Shown one piece after another: positions 36,976 to 46,870 of a stretch of DNA of 64,000 nucleotides (within the stretch, counting starts at the first letter, position 1; each line of letters begins with the position of its first letter). The notes beneath the pieces are model-generated. The model did not search any database and had not been told where the DNA came from. It worked only from the letters and a program-made list of their open reading frames with translations. Location: the NCBI GenBank assembly GCA_965203905.1, contig CBDBDQ010000005.1, positions 3,936,001 through 4,000,000 on the forward strand, given 5' to 3'. The stretch is from Spirochaetia bacterium. Lineage in GTDB: Bacteria; Spirochaetota; Spirochaetia; SZUA-6; Bin103. The position numbers and the translations under genes were made by a program.

Positions 36976-37743
36976 ATGGCGTTTCCCATGAGGGTGGACC
37001 TGGAGGGCAAGGTGGCGGTGGTGACCGGCGGCGGCACCGGTATCGGGCAGGCGATCAGTCGCGGCTTGGCGCGTTGCGGTGCGGCGGTGGTGGTGGGCTA
37101 TCGCGAGAGCGCCGCGGAGGCGGAGGCGACCGTGACCGCGATCGAGGCGGAGGGCGGCCGCGCCTCTACCTGCACCGCCGACGTCGGCGACGAGGCCCAG
37201 GTGGGTGCGCTGATGGACCGCGCCGCGGAGCGTTATGGAGGGCTGGACATCCTGGTGGCCAACGCCGGCGTCACCGCCACGCCGCGGACCACCGCCGAGC
37301 TGCCGGCGGAGGAGTGGGAGGCGATTATCCGCACCAACTGCACCGGCGTGTTCTACTCGGTCAAGCAGGCGCTGCGCCATCTGCCGGATGACGGGCGCAT
37401 CATCGTCACCTCTTCGATCAGCGGGCGCAGCGGTGCCGGCCCCGGGGCGTTGAGCTACGCCGCGGCCAAGGGGGCGGTCAACAACATGATCCGCAACTGG
37501 ACCCGCGAGCTGGCGCCGCGCGGCATCACCGTGAACGCCATCGCTCCCGGCATCATCTGGACCCGCATCCACGAGCGCGGCACTCCCCCGGACGAGTATC
37601 GCAAGCTGATCGAGCGCGTCCCGCTCGGCCGCGACGGCACCCCGGAAGACTGCGTCGGCGGCGTGCTGCTGCTGGCCAGCAGGGAGGGCTCCTACATCAC
37701 CGGCCAGACCATCGAAATAAACGGCGGCATGCAGATGCCCTGA
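36976..37743 (+). CDS. Short-chain dehydrogenase/reductase (FabG-like)
   Basis: TGGGTGIG, NAG, YAAAK, NAIAPG, EINGG. Confidence 0.9.
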   Translation: MAFPMRVDLEGKVAVVTGGGTGIGQAISRGLARCGAAVVVGYRESAAEAEATVTAIEAEGGRASTCTADVGDEAQVGALMDRAAERYGGLDILVANAGVTATPRTTAELPAEEWEAIIRTNCTGVFYSVKQALRHLPDDGRIIVTSSISGRSGAGPGALSYAAAKGAVNNMIRNWTRELAPRGITVNAIAPGIIWTRIHERGTPPDEYRKLIERVPLGRDGTPEDCVGGVLLLASREGSYITGQTIEINGGMQMP

Positions 37744-37814
37744 TCGGACGCCTGTATGCCGCCTTCATGCAAACCCGGCGGGGCGGGCGCCCTCAGGCGC
37801 CGGCCCCGGGCAGG

Positions 37815-39815
37815 TCAGAAGAACAGGACCTGCGGGCGCGAGATATCGGTGCGGTGGTAGGCCAGGAAGCGGGTCGGCACGTTCTGCAGGTCGGCGTTGT
37901 ACATGATGGTGTAGCCGGGGTGGTTCATGATGCCGATGGTCCACAGGTTCTCCGCCGCTATTTCGGTGATCCGCTTCATCGACGCGGCACGCACGTCCCA
38001 GTCCAGGTTCTCCTTCACCTTCCAGTACTCGTCGATCGCTTCGCGAATGATCGCCGGCGGCTCCTCGCCGCGCTCGCCGTTGCTGGTGAACCAGTCGGTC
38101 CACTTCTGCGCCCAGAAGCCGCGCAGGTAGGGGATGCCGAGTGACGCCGCCTGGTAGTAGATGCCCTCGTTGGTGCCCCAGTTGTACGGGTCGTACACCA
38201 GCTCCAGCTCGTTGTTGACGCGCATCTGCCCGAACGCTCCCCACTCCAGCACGCGCGTGTTGATGGCGAGGCCCACGTCCTTCAGGTTGGAGACCACGAT
38301 CTCGGCCGCCGCCTCGTGGTCGCCGGCCGCCATCACCATGTTGATCTCCAGCCGCTTGCCGTCCGGGCGCAGCCGGTAGCCGTCGGCGTCGCGCTCGCTC
38401 AGTCCGGCCTTGTCGAGCAGCTCATTGGCCAGGTCCGGGTCGTACTCCAGCGCCGTGTTGCACAGGTTGGCGTCGTAGAACGGTGACGCCTCGCTCCAGC
38501 ACGACTGCTGCGGCTTGGTCAGCCCGTAGTACTCCAGCTTGATGATCTGCTCGCGGTTGATGGCGTGGGACACGCCGAAGCGGAAGTCGCGGTTCTGGAA
38601 GATCGGCCGCAGCACCGGATCGTCGCTGGTGAGGTTGAACTCCAGCAATCCGCCGTTGGTGCCCGAGTGGCCGTGCCGGGTCACCCTGATCTTGCCCTCG
38701 CGCTCCTGCTCCTTGGCCACGGGGAACATGGCAACGCCCTCGTTGGAGAACCAGTCGGTCTCGCCGTTGAGCGCCTTCAGCTTGGCGACCTCCAGGTCGA
38801 CGCCAGTCTCCAACTGCACGGTGTCGAAGTAGGGGAGCTGCTGGCCGGCCAGGTCAACCGCCCAGTAGTAGGGGTTGCGCTCGAAGATCACCGTCTTGTT
38901 GGGGACCGGAACGATCACCCGCCACGGCGTCAGCACCGGCTTGTCGATGTTGTTCTTCTGCTCCCAGCGGTCTTCCTTGTTGCGGAACAGCTCGGTCCAG
39001 GTGTTGAAGCCCGACTCCTTCACCAGCGCATCGAGGTCGTCGTTGTACTTGGGATGGAACTGCTTCAGGTAGTGGGCCGGCAGGTAGGTGCTCAGCGCCA
39101 TCAGGTCGAAGATGTTCTCCCCCATCAGGTAGGGGAAGTCGAACACGTACTGGAACGTGTACTCGTCGATGATGTTCTGGCCCCCCGAGGTGCCGTCCTT
39201 CTGCACCAGGTTCTCGAACACGTTGGGGTTGAGCTCTCGGTTGGAGGCGTCGTCCTCGAACCAGAAGCGCACGTCCTCGGTGGTGAACGGATGCCCGTCC
39301 GACCACATCATCCCGCGGCGCAACTCGAAGGTCCAGACCCTGGCGCCGTCGGATGGCGTCGCCGATTTGAACACCTGGGGATAAGCATGGGAGAAGTTGT
39401 AGGGGTTGGACATGCCCATGGCGTGATTGCTGTGGGCGATGCCGATCCAGCCCTTGTCGACCATCTGGAACTTCTCGGTGTAGCGCCCGATCTGCTTTAC
39501 CTCGGAGAGCGGCAGCAGCACCAGCGGATCTTCGCTGATGCGGTCCTCCACCGGCGGCAGCTCGCCGGCGGCGACCAGCGCGGCCAGCATCGGCGCCTCG
39601 GTGTAGGGCGGGATGGTCAGGCCGGTCTTGGCCTGGTACTCGGCCGGGGTGGCGAAGACGACCGCGTCACCGGCCGCGTCCACGGTCGACTGCGGGATCA
39701 CCTCGCCGACGGGGGCGCCCATGGCGGCTCCACCCCCCTCCTCCTCGCCCGAGGCCACGGCCATCGTAGCCACCAGGGCAATCGTCAGCGGAATCAGTAG
39801 TGCGAGCTTTTTCAT
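37815..39815 (-). CDS. ABC substrate-binding protein, family 5 (oligosaccharide-binding type)
   Basis: Signal peptide; EAPMLAALVAAGELPPVEDR, WSDGHPFT, RNPYYWAVD..QLPY; AAGGAGG SD. Confidence 0.88.
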   Translation of the reverse strand: MKKLALLIPLTIALVATMAVASGEEEGGGAAMGAPVGEVIPQSTVDAAGDAVVFATPAEYQAKTGLTIPPYTEAPMLAALVAAGELPPVEDRISEDPLVLLPLSEVKQIGRYTEKFQMVDKGWIGIAHSNHAMGMSNPYNFSHAYPQVFKSATPSDGARVWTFELRRGMMWSDGHPFTTEDVRFWFEDDASNRELNPNVFENLVQKDGTSGGQNIIDEYTFQYVFDFPYLMGENIFDLMALSTYLPAHYLKQFHPKYNDDLDALVKESGFNTWTELFRNKEDRWEQKNNIDKPVLTPWRVIVPVPNKTVIFERNPYYWAVDLAGQQLPYFDTVQLETGVDLEVAKLKALNGETDWFSNEGVAMFPVAKEQEREGKIRVTRHGHSGTNGGLLEFNLTSDDPVLRPIFQNRDFRFGVSHAINREQIIKLEYYGLTKPQQSCWSEASPFYDANLCNTALEYDPDLANELLDKAGLSERDADGYRLRPDGKRLEINMVMAAGDHEAAAEIVVSNLKDVGLAINTRVLEWGAFGQMRVNNELELVYDPYNWGTNEGIYYQAASLGIPYLRGFWAQKWTDWFTSNGERGEEPPAIIREAIDEYWKVKENLDWDVRAASMKRITEIAAENLWTIGIMNHPGYTIMYNADLQNVPTRFLAYHRTDISRPQVLFF

Positions 39816-39903
39816 GCACGCCTCCTTGCCAGTAGTATCTGTTCAGGCTTCCATGGCAGCCGGCGGTTGTCAAGCTCGGCGTTGGGCGCCGGGCGCGACG
39901 GCG

Positions 39904-39932
39904 TTGACAGCGCGGCGGGGCGGCCATAGCAT
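39904..39932 (+). promoter_or_regulatory. Putative sigma70 promoter with a very short leader
   Basis: TTGACA-17 nt-TAGCAT, 9 nt before ATG 39942. Confidence 0.5.
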
Positions 39933-39941
39933 CGGGGCTCC

Positions 39942-40925
39942 ATGGGGGCATACATCGCGCGTCGGGTCATGATCATGCTCCCGACCCTGGTACTGATTTC
40001 GATTCTGGCGTTCCTGGTCATCGAGTTGCCGCCGGGCGACTACGTGACCAGCTACGTGCAGACGCTGATGACCGCCGGCCGCCAGGTGGACGACGCGCTG
40101 ATCGAGAACATCCGCCACGCCTACGGCCTGGATCGCCCGGTCACCGTGCGCTACTTCCTGTGGATTTCGCGGCTGGTGCGCGGCGACTTCGGCTTTTCGC
40201 TGTTCTTCAAGGCCTCCGTGGGCGAGATGCTGGCGCTGCGCTTGCCGATGACCTTCCTGATCACGCTGCTGTCGCTGGCCTTCTCGTGGGTGGTGGCGTT
40301 TCCGATCGGAGTCTACTCGGCGGTGCGGCAGTACTCGTTCGGCGACTACTTCTGGACCGTGCTCGGATTCCTCGGGCTGGCGACGCCCAACTTCCTGCTG
40401 GCGCTGGTGCTGATGTTCGTGGCCGCCAGGTACTTGAACACCAGCGTCGGCGGGCTGTTCTCCCCGGAGTTCGAGAGCGCGGTGTTCAGCCTGGGCAAGC
40501 TGTGGGACTTCCTCAAGCACGTGTGGGTGCCGATGGTGGTGGTCGGCACCGCCGGCACCGCCAGCCTGATCCGCATCCTGCGCGCCAACCTGCTCGACGA
40601 GCTCAAGAAACCCTACGTCGAGATGCAGCGCGCCAAGGGCGTGCCCGAGGGCAGGCTGATCATCAGGTACCCGTTGCGGATCGCGGTGAATCCCTTCATC
40701 TCCAGCATCGGCTGGATCCTGCCGCAGTTCGTCTCCGGCACCGTGATCACCGCCGTGGTGCTGAATCTGCCCACTGCCGGCCCGCTGTTCCTGCAGGCGG
40801 TACGGGCCCAGGACATGCCGCTGGCAGGCGCCTTCATCATGCTGACCGGTTTCATGACCATCGTCGGCATGCTGGTGTCCGACATCGTGCTGGCGATCGT
40901 CGACCCGCGTATCCGGTACGGCTGA
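39942..40925 (+). CDS. Peptide-family ABC permease (OppB-like)
   Basis: LPPGD, GDFGFS, RAKG, DPRIRY. Confidence 0.9.
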   Translation: MGAYIARRVMIMLPTLVLISILAFLVIELPPGDYVTSYVQTLMTAGRQVDDALIENIRHAYGLDRPVTVRYFLWISRLVRGDFGFSLFFKASVGEMLALRLPMTFLITLLSLAFSWVVAFPIGVYSAVRQYSFGDYFWTVLGFLGLATPNFLLALVLMFVAARYLNTSVGGLFSPEFESAVFSLGKLWDFLKHVWVPMVVVGTAGTASLIRILRANLLDELKKPYVEMQRAKGVPEGRLIIRYPLRIAVNPFISSIGWILPQFVSGTVITAVVLNLPTAGPLFLQAVRAQDMPLAGAFIMLTGFMTIVGMLVSDIVLAIVDPRIRYG

Positions 40926-40927
40926 CG

Positions 40928-42049
40928 GTGGCGGACAACACCGGCATTCTGGCGTACGAGGTCGAACGGTCGGTATTCACCGCCAGCCAGTGGCGTCTGG
41001 TATGGCTCACCTTCGTCCGCCACAAGCTGGCGGTGGCCAGCGCCGTGTTCCTGATCCTGGGCTATTTCAGCTCCGCCTTCGCCGACTTCGTGGCGCCCTA
41101 TCCCACCGACTTCCGCAACGACGACGCACCCTTCGTGCCGCCGATGCGGGTGCACCTGCGCGACACCGACGGCCGCTTTCACCGGCCGTTCGTCTACGCC
41201 CTGGAGCTGGAGCGCGATCCGGTGACCCTGCGGCCGCGCTTCCGGGAGGTCACCGATCGCCGCTACCCGATCCGCTTCCTGGTGCGGGGAGCAGAGTACG
41301 AGATGTGGGGCCTGGTCCGCTCGCGGCTGCACCTGTTCGGCGTGGACGAGGGCGCCTACTACTACCTGCTGGGCACCGACAAGCAGGGTCGCGACATCCT
41401 GACGCGGACCGTGTTCGCGGGGCGCATCTCGCTGACCATCGGCCTGCTCGGGGTGACCATCAGCTTCGTGCTGGCGATCGTGTTCGGCAGCATCTCTGGC
41501 TACTTCGGCGGCGTACCCGACATGGTGATCCAGCGCATCATCGAGGTGCTGACGTCGCTGCCGCAACTCCCCCTGTGGATGGCGCTGGCGGCAGCGATCC
41601 CGATCAACTGGCCGATCGAGCGGGTGTTCTTTGCCATCACCGTCATCCTGTCCCTGATCAGTTGGCCGGGGCTGGCGCGGGAGGTGCGCGGCAAGGTGCT
41701 GGCGCTGCGCGAGACCGACTACGTGACCGCGGCCCGGATCGATAATGCCGGCACGCCGCGGCTGCTGTTCCAGTACCTGGTGCCCGGCGTGCTCAGCCAC
41801 CTGATCGCCTCGCTCACGCTGGCGATCCCGAACATGATCCTGGGCGAGACCGCGCTCAGCTTCCTGGGCGTGGGACTGCGCGCCCCGGCGATAAGCTGGG
41901 GCGTGCTGCTGCAGCAGGCGCAGAACATCCAGACCGTGGCGCTGTCGCCGTGGCTGATGACGCCGGTGTTCGCCGTGATCCTGGTGATCCTGGCCTTCAA
42001 CTTCGTCGGCGACGGCCTGCGCGACGCCGCCGACCCCTACAAGAGCTGA
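40928..42049 (+). CDS. Peptide-family ABC permease (OppC-like)
   Basis: LGTDKQGRD, ETALSFLGVG, GDGLRDAADP. Confidence 0.9.
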   Translation: MADNTGILAYEVERSVFTASQWRLVWLTFVRHKLAVASAVFLILGYFSSAFADFVAPYPTDFRNDDAPFVPPMRVHLRDTDGRFHRPFVYALELERDPVTLRPRFREVTDRRYPIRFLVRGAEYEMWGLVRSRLHLFGVDEGAYYYLLGTDKQGRDILTRTVFAGRISLTIGLLGVTISFVLAIVFGSISGYFGGVPDMVIQRIIEVLTSLPQLPLWMALAAAIPINWPIERVFFAITVILSLISWPGLAREVRGKVLALRETDYVTAARIDNAGTPRLLFQYLVPGVLSHLIASLTLAIPNMILGETALSFLGVGLRAPAISWGVLLQQAQNIQTVALSPWLMTPVFAVILVILAFNFVGDGLRDAADPYKS

Positions 42050-42076
42050 GGGGGCGGGTTGCCGGCCCTTGCCGGC

Positions 42077-42499
42077 TCAGTCCTGCTGCGGCAATTCGAA
42101 GTTGACCTGCCAGCGAATGCCGAACTTGTCGGTGAGCGAGCCGAAGTAGGCACCCCAGAACTGCTCCTGCATCGGCATCTCCACCGCGCCGTCCGCCGAC
42201 AGCTTGGCGAACAGCTCGTCGGCCTGCTCGCGGGTGTCGGGACTGAGCGAGAGCGAGAAGTTGTTGCCGGTGGCAATCTCGGGACCGAACCCCGCGCTGT
42301 CGCTGCCCATCAGCACGCCGGAGCCGATCGGCAGCGTCACGTGCATGATCAGGTCGCGCTTGTCTTCCGGCACCTCCATGTCGTCAGGGCCCTCGCCGAA
42401 GGTCGACATGAACAGAAACTCGCCGCCGAACACCGAGCGGTAGAACTCGAACGCGGCACGGCAGCTGTCCTTGAACGTGAGGTAGGTGTTGATCGTCAA
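42077..42499 (-). CDS. VOC/PhnB (glyoxalase-like) protein
   Basis: TYLTF..AFEFYRSVFGG..IMH..FWGAYFGSLTDKFGIRW; TTG start after GGAGG. Confidence 0.85.
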   Translation of the reverse strand: MTINTYLTFKDSCRAAFEFYRSVFGGEFLFMSTFGEGPDDMEVPEDKRDLIMHVTLPIGSGVLMGSDSAGFGPEIATGNNFSLSLSPDTREQADELFAKLSADGAVEMPMQEQFWGAYFGSLTDKFGIRWQVNFELPQQD

Positions 42500-42570
42500 G
42501 TGGGTATCCCTCCGCGCGGGAAGGTAACGGTGCCGCCGGCGCTCGGCAAGCCGGTGCCGGGGAGCGCCGG

Positions 42571-44244
42571 TCAGCGTTCTCCAGCGGCGCCTACCGGAGC
42601 GCACGGCCGCGTGGCACCGCTCGGACGGACGCACAGGGTGCGGTCGGCGACGAGGTCCGTCAGCTCGGTCACGCGGCCGTCGGGCCACTCGATGCGCACC
42701 CGCTCGGCCACGGGCTGAGTGCCGAGGCCGAAGTGGGCGGACAGCTCGGACGACCCGAGGTACGTGCAGCCGCCGTCGAGGTAGCGGTACTGGCGGGCGC
42801 CGCCGGCGGTGAGCTCGACGCGGGCACCGCGGCCGTTGGGCGCCAGACCCGGTGACTCAGTGGTGTCCAGGAACAGGCGCAGCCAGTGGGTGTCGGGGCC
42901 GGTCAGGTCGTTGCGGTAGAGGCTGATCGGCCCCAGGGCGTCGAAGATCACCAGGTCCTGGTCGCCGTCGTTGTCGTAGTCGAGATTGATCAGGCCGCGC
43001 CCCTGGCCGGCGTGGTCCAGGCCGGCGGCGCTGCCGACTTCGCTGAAGCCGAAGCGCCCGGCTGGCTGCAGGTCGTTGCGGAACAGGTAGGTGCGCTCGT
43101 GCTGCCACTCGTAGTGGCCGGCGCCGTTCAGGTCCGCCCAGCCGTTGGTGGTGACCAGGTCCTGGTCGCCGTCGTGGTCCAGGTCCACCGCTACCGCACC
43201 CCAGCCCCAGCCGCCGTCGTTGACCCCGACGGCACCGGAGAGCTCCTCGTAGCGATGTGCGCCGAGGTTGCGGTACAGCATGTTGCCGGTGCCGGGCACC
43301 GCGGGCGCGTCCCAGGGCACGTCGTAGCCGCCGGTGCCGTGCACCGACGTGACGTACCAGTCGAGGCGGCCGTCGTTGTCGAAGTCGCCGGTCACGTGGC
43401 CCATGCCGTTGGCGTCCAGGCCGGTTCCGGAGGCGGCGGTGGCGTCGACGAAGCTGCCGTCGCCCCGGTTCACGAAGTAGCGGCTGGTGAAGGCGTCGGC
43501 GGCCACCAGCAGCTCGGGATAGCGGTCGCCGTCCATGTCGGCGAAGCGCGGGGCGAAGCCGCGCACGCCCTGCAGCGCCAGCCCGGCGCGGTAGGTGGCG
43601 TTCTCGAAGCTGCCGTCGCCGTCGTTGCGGAACAGCAGGTTGCCGTAGGCGTCGGGCATCCACGCGGCCACGAACAGGTCCAGGTCGCCGTCCAGGTCGT
43701 AGTCGCCGAAGGCAGCGCCCATGCCGCTGGGGACCTCCGTCGAGGTGCGGCTGACGCGAGCCGCGCGCGCCACCTCGGTGAAGGTCGGAATGCCGGCGGG
43801 CCCCGGACCCAGGTTGCGGAACAGCAGGTGCTGCCCCGGCTCCGCCCGGTCGTGCTCCGCCGGGCCCAGGCTGGTGAGGAAGAGGTCGATCCAGCCGTCG
43901 CCGTCGTAGTCGCCGACCGCCACGCCGTGCCCGAGATGGGGGCGTCCCAGGCCGGCCGCGGCGGCGTGGTCGCTGAAGGTGCCGTCGCCGTTGTTCAGGT
44001 AGAGGCTGTCGGGCGCGCTGCCGCCGCTGACGAAGTACAGGTCCTGCCAGCCGTCGTTGTTGAAGTCGGCGGCGGCCCCGCCGGCGGTCATCGCCAGCAG
44101 CGTCTCCAGGGAGGGCCGGTGGCGCGCCGTGAGCCCCGCCGCCTGCGCCTGCTGCGAAAAGCGCAGTTCGGCGGCGGTATCGAGGCCCGGCACGAGCAAG
44201 GCGCCGAGACCGGCCGCCAGGAGCTGCAGGGCGCGGCGATGCAC
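42571..44244 (-). CDS. CRTAC1-family secreted protein (FG-GAP repeats plus ASPIC/UnbV domain)
   Basis: Repeated DxDxDGxxDL motifs; C-terminal HFGLG..WPDG; signal peptide. Confidence 0.88.
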   Translation of the reverse strand: MHRRALQLLAAGLGALLVPGLDTAAELRFSQQAQAAGLTARHRPSLETLLAMTAGGAAADFNNDGWQDLYFVSGGSAPDSLYLNNGDGTFSDHAAAAGLGRPHLGHGVAVGDYDGDGWIDLFLTSLGPAEHDRAEPGQHLLFRNLGPGPAGIPTFTEVARAARVSRTSTEVPSGMGAAFGDYDLDGDLDLFVAAWMPDAYGNLLFRNDGDGSFENATYRAGLALQGVRGFAPRFADMDGDRYPELLVAADAFTSRYFVNRGDGSFVDATAASGTGLDANGMGHVTGDFDNDGRLDWYVTSVHGTGGYDVPWDAPAVPGTGNMLYRNLGAHRYEELSGAVGVNDGGWGWGAVAVDLDHDGDQDLVTTNGWADLNGAGHYEWQHERTYLFRNDLQPAGRFGFSEVGSAAGLDHAGQGRGLINLDYDNDGDQDLVIFDALGPISLYRNDLTGPDTHWLRLFLDTTESPGLAPNGRGARVELTAGGARQYRYLDGGCTYLGSSELSAHFGLGTQPVAERVRIEWPDGRVTELTDLVADRTLCVRPSGATRPCAPVGAAGER

Positions 44245-44311
44245 GGCAGCGCAGCATAACACCGGGCCGCGGTTGCACAAATCGGTCGCGGGAGTAAGGT
44301 GCGTGTCAGCA

Positions 44312-45880
44312 ATGGCTTCCCGCTACGATGTGCTGGTGGTGGGCGCCGGCTCGGCGGGGGCGGTGCTGGCGGCGCGGCTCAGCGAGGACCCGCGCCGGGC
44401 GGTGCTGCTGCTTGAGGCCGGTCCCGACTACCCCGATCCGGAGACGATGCCCGCCGACCTGCGCTACGGCAACAACCCGTGGCGATCCGTATACGGACCA
44501 GAGGCCCATACCTGGGGGTACCGGGCACGCTCCAATCCGGCGCGGCCCGAGATCGAGCTGCCGCGCGGCAAGGTGGTGGGCGGATCGAGCGCGATCAACG
44601 GCCAGATCCTGCTGCGCGGGCTGCCGGAGGACTTCGACGCTTGGGCCGGGGCCGGGAACGACGCCTGGTCGTTCGCACGGGTGCTGCCCTTCTTCCGCAA
44701 GCTGGAGACCGATCTCGACTTCGGAGCCGACCCGGTACACGGCGCCCGCGGGCCGATCCCGGTGCGGCGCATCGCGGAGTCGGAGATGCTGCCGGCGATC
44801 CGGGCGTTCCAGGATGCCGCGGTCGGTGCCGGCTTCCCCGCCACGCGCGATCACAACCACCCGGATACGGCGACCGGGGTCGGGCCGCGGCCGATCAACA
44901 ACGTCGGTGGGCTGCGCATGAGCACCGCCGTGACCTACCTGCACCAGGCGCGCGGCCGCCCCAACCTGAACATCCGCGGCGGCGTGCCGGTGCGCCGCGT
45001 GCTGCTGGAGGGCGACCGGGCGCTGGGCGTGGAGGCGGAGAGCGACGGCCGGATCGAGACCATTCTCGCCGACCAGGTGATCGTCAGCGCCGGCGCGATC
45101 AACTCGCCCCAGCTCCTGATGCTGTCCGGGATCGGCCCGGAGCGCCATCTCCGCGAGCAGGGCATTCGCCCGTTGCGCCACCTGCCGGGGGTAGGCCGCA
45201 ACCTGCGCGATCATCCGGCGGTGGCGCTGATGTACCGCATCGACCCGGTCGCCGACGAGGAGCGCATCGTGCCGATGCAGTCGGGCCTGATCTGCACCAC
45301 GCGCGGCTCCCGGTTTCGCAACGACATGCAGATCAACCCGATGCTGTACCACAGCGAGCACCGCCCGCCACACCTGCGCCTCGACCCCGGCGCCGGCTAT
45401 CTCGGCTTCAACGTGGCGCTGCAGAAGCCGCTGTCCTGCGGCTGGATCGAACTCGCGGCTGCCGATCCACACCAACCTCCGCGCGTCGACTTTGGCCACC
45501 TGCAGCACCCTCGCGACCGGGAGCGGCTGCGCGTCGGCGTGCGTATGGCGGTGGAGCTCGCAGCACGGCCGGAGTGCGCGCGCTTCCTGCACCGGAGGAT
45601 CCTGCCCTCAACCGCCGATCTCGCCTCTGATGCCGCGCTCGACGCGTGGATCCTGGCCAACGTCGCCACCCAGCACCACGCCTGCGGCACCTGCAGGATG
45701 GGGCCCGCCGACGACCCCGGGGCGGTGGTAGATCAGACCTGCCGCGTGCACGGCATCGCCGGCCTGCGGGTGGTCGACGCCTCGGTCATGCCGGACGTGA
45801 CGCGCAACAACATCAACTCGACCGTCATGATGATCGGAGAACGGGTTGCTGCTATGATGGCCGCCGAGGGTGAGGCATGA
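44312..45880 (+). CDS. GMC family oxidoreductase (choline dehydrogenase-like)
   Basis: GAGSAG, RGKVVGGSSAING, SPQLLMLSGIG, HACGTCRMG, VVDASVMP. Confidence 0.92.
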   Translation: MASRYDVLVVGAGSAGAVLAARLSEDPRRAVLLLEAGPDYPDPETMPADLRYGNNPWRSVYGPEAHTWGYRARSNPARPEIELPRGKVVGGSSAINGQILLRGLPEDFDAWAGAGNDAWSFARVLPFFRKLETDLDFGADPVHGARGPIPVRRIAESEMLPAIRAFQDAAVGAGFPATRDHNHPDTATGVGPRPINNVGGLRMSTAVTYLHQARGRPNLNIRGGVPVRRVLLEGDRALGVEAESDGRIETILADQVIVSAGAINSPQLLMLSGIGPERHLREQGIRPLRHLPGVGRNLRDHPAVALMYRIDPVADEERIVPMQSGLICTTRGSRFRNDMQINPMLYHSEHRPPHLRLDPGAGYLGFNVALQKPLSCGWIELAAADPHQPPRVDFGHLQHPRDRERLRVGVRMAVELAARPECARFLHRRILPSTADLASDAALDAWILANVATQHHACGTCRMGPADDPGAVVDQTCRVHGIAGLRVVDASVMPDVTRNNINSTVMMIGERVAAMMAAEGEA

Positions 45881-46863
45881 GTGACTGCGGACTGAGCGCC
45901 GCCCAATTGGAGCAATTCGACGAGCAGGGGTACCTGCTGGTACCGGGGATGCTGGAACCGGTCGAGGATCTCGACCCGATCCTCGACGAGTACGACGGCG
46001 TGCTCGATCGGCTGGCGCACACGCTGTACGCGCAGGGCAAGGTTGCCTCTCCCTACCCGGAGTTGCCGTTCGGAGAGCGCGTGTCGCGGATGTACGAGGA
46101 GTCGGGCGAGATGCTCAACCACTGGTTCGACTTCCACCTGCCGCAGCGCCACGTCACCCACGACACCCCGCTGTGGGTGGGCCCCGCCGTGTTCCGAACG
46201 CTGGTCAACCCGAGGCTGCTGGACGCGGTGGAGTCGGTGATCGGCGGCGAGATCTACTCGAATCCGGTGCAGCACGTGCGCATCAAGCCCCCGGAACGGC
46301 GCATGGGCCGGCAGCGGGATGGACGCCCGGTGTACGGGGCCACCGTCTGGCACCAGGACAACGGCGTGATCCAGTCGGACGGGGACGGCTCCGACATTCT
46401 TACCGTGTGGTTCCCGATCACCGACGCGCTGGTCCAGCACGGCTGCCTGCACGTGGTGCCGGGCAGCCACCGCCACGGAATCTACACCCACTGTCCCATG
46501 GAGAAGGGCTCCAACGAGGTGAAGATTCCCGATCACCTGTTCCCGATCGAACGCGCGTTGCCGCTGCCGATGCGGCGTGGCGACGTGCTGTTCCTGCACA
46601 AGCGCACCTGCCACGGCTCGCTGAGCAACGTCAGCGACGAGGTGCGTATCAGCTTCGACCTGCGCTACAACCCGGTCGGGCAGAGGACCGGCCGGGAGGT
46701 GTTCCCCGGATTCGTGGCGCGCAGCCGCAGCAACCCCGCCAGCGAGTTGCGCGATCCCGAGGCGTGGGCCGAGTTGTGGTACGCCACCCGGCGCCACATG
46801 GCCGACGCCAACGTCGACGTATCGTTCAACCGCTGGGACCCCGACGCCGCCGGCTGCGCCTGA
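45877..46863 (+). CDS. Phytanoyl-CoA dioxygenase (PhyH) family Fe(II)/2OG dioxygenase
   Basis: WHQD, GCLHVVPGSH, HGSLSN, RISFDLRY; ATGA overlap with the GMC gene. Confidence 0.88.
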   Translation: MSDCGLSAAQLEQFDEQGYLLVPGMLEPVEDLDPILDEYDGVLDRLAHTLYAQGKVASPYPELPFGERVSRMYEESGEMLNHWFDFHLPQRHVTHDTPLWVGPAVFRTLVNPRLLDAVESVIGGEIYSNPVQHVRIKPPERRMGRQRDGRPVYGATVWHQDNGVIQSDGDGSDILTVWFPITDALVQHGCLHVVPGSHRHGIYTHCPMEKGSNEVKIPDHLFPIERALPLPMRRGDVLFLHKRTCHGSLSNVSDEVRISFDLRYNPVGQRTGREVFPGFVARSRSNPASELRDPEAWAELWYATRRHMADANVDVSFNRWDPDAAGCA

Positions 46864-46870
46864 ACGCCGG

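Noticed and set aside
42571-44244. DNA-level repeats GTCGCCGTCGTxGTC
   Set aside because: Explained by FG-GAP DxDxDG protein repeats
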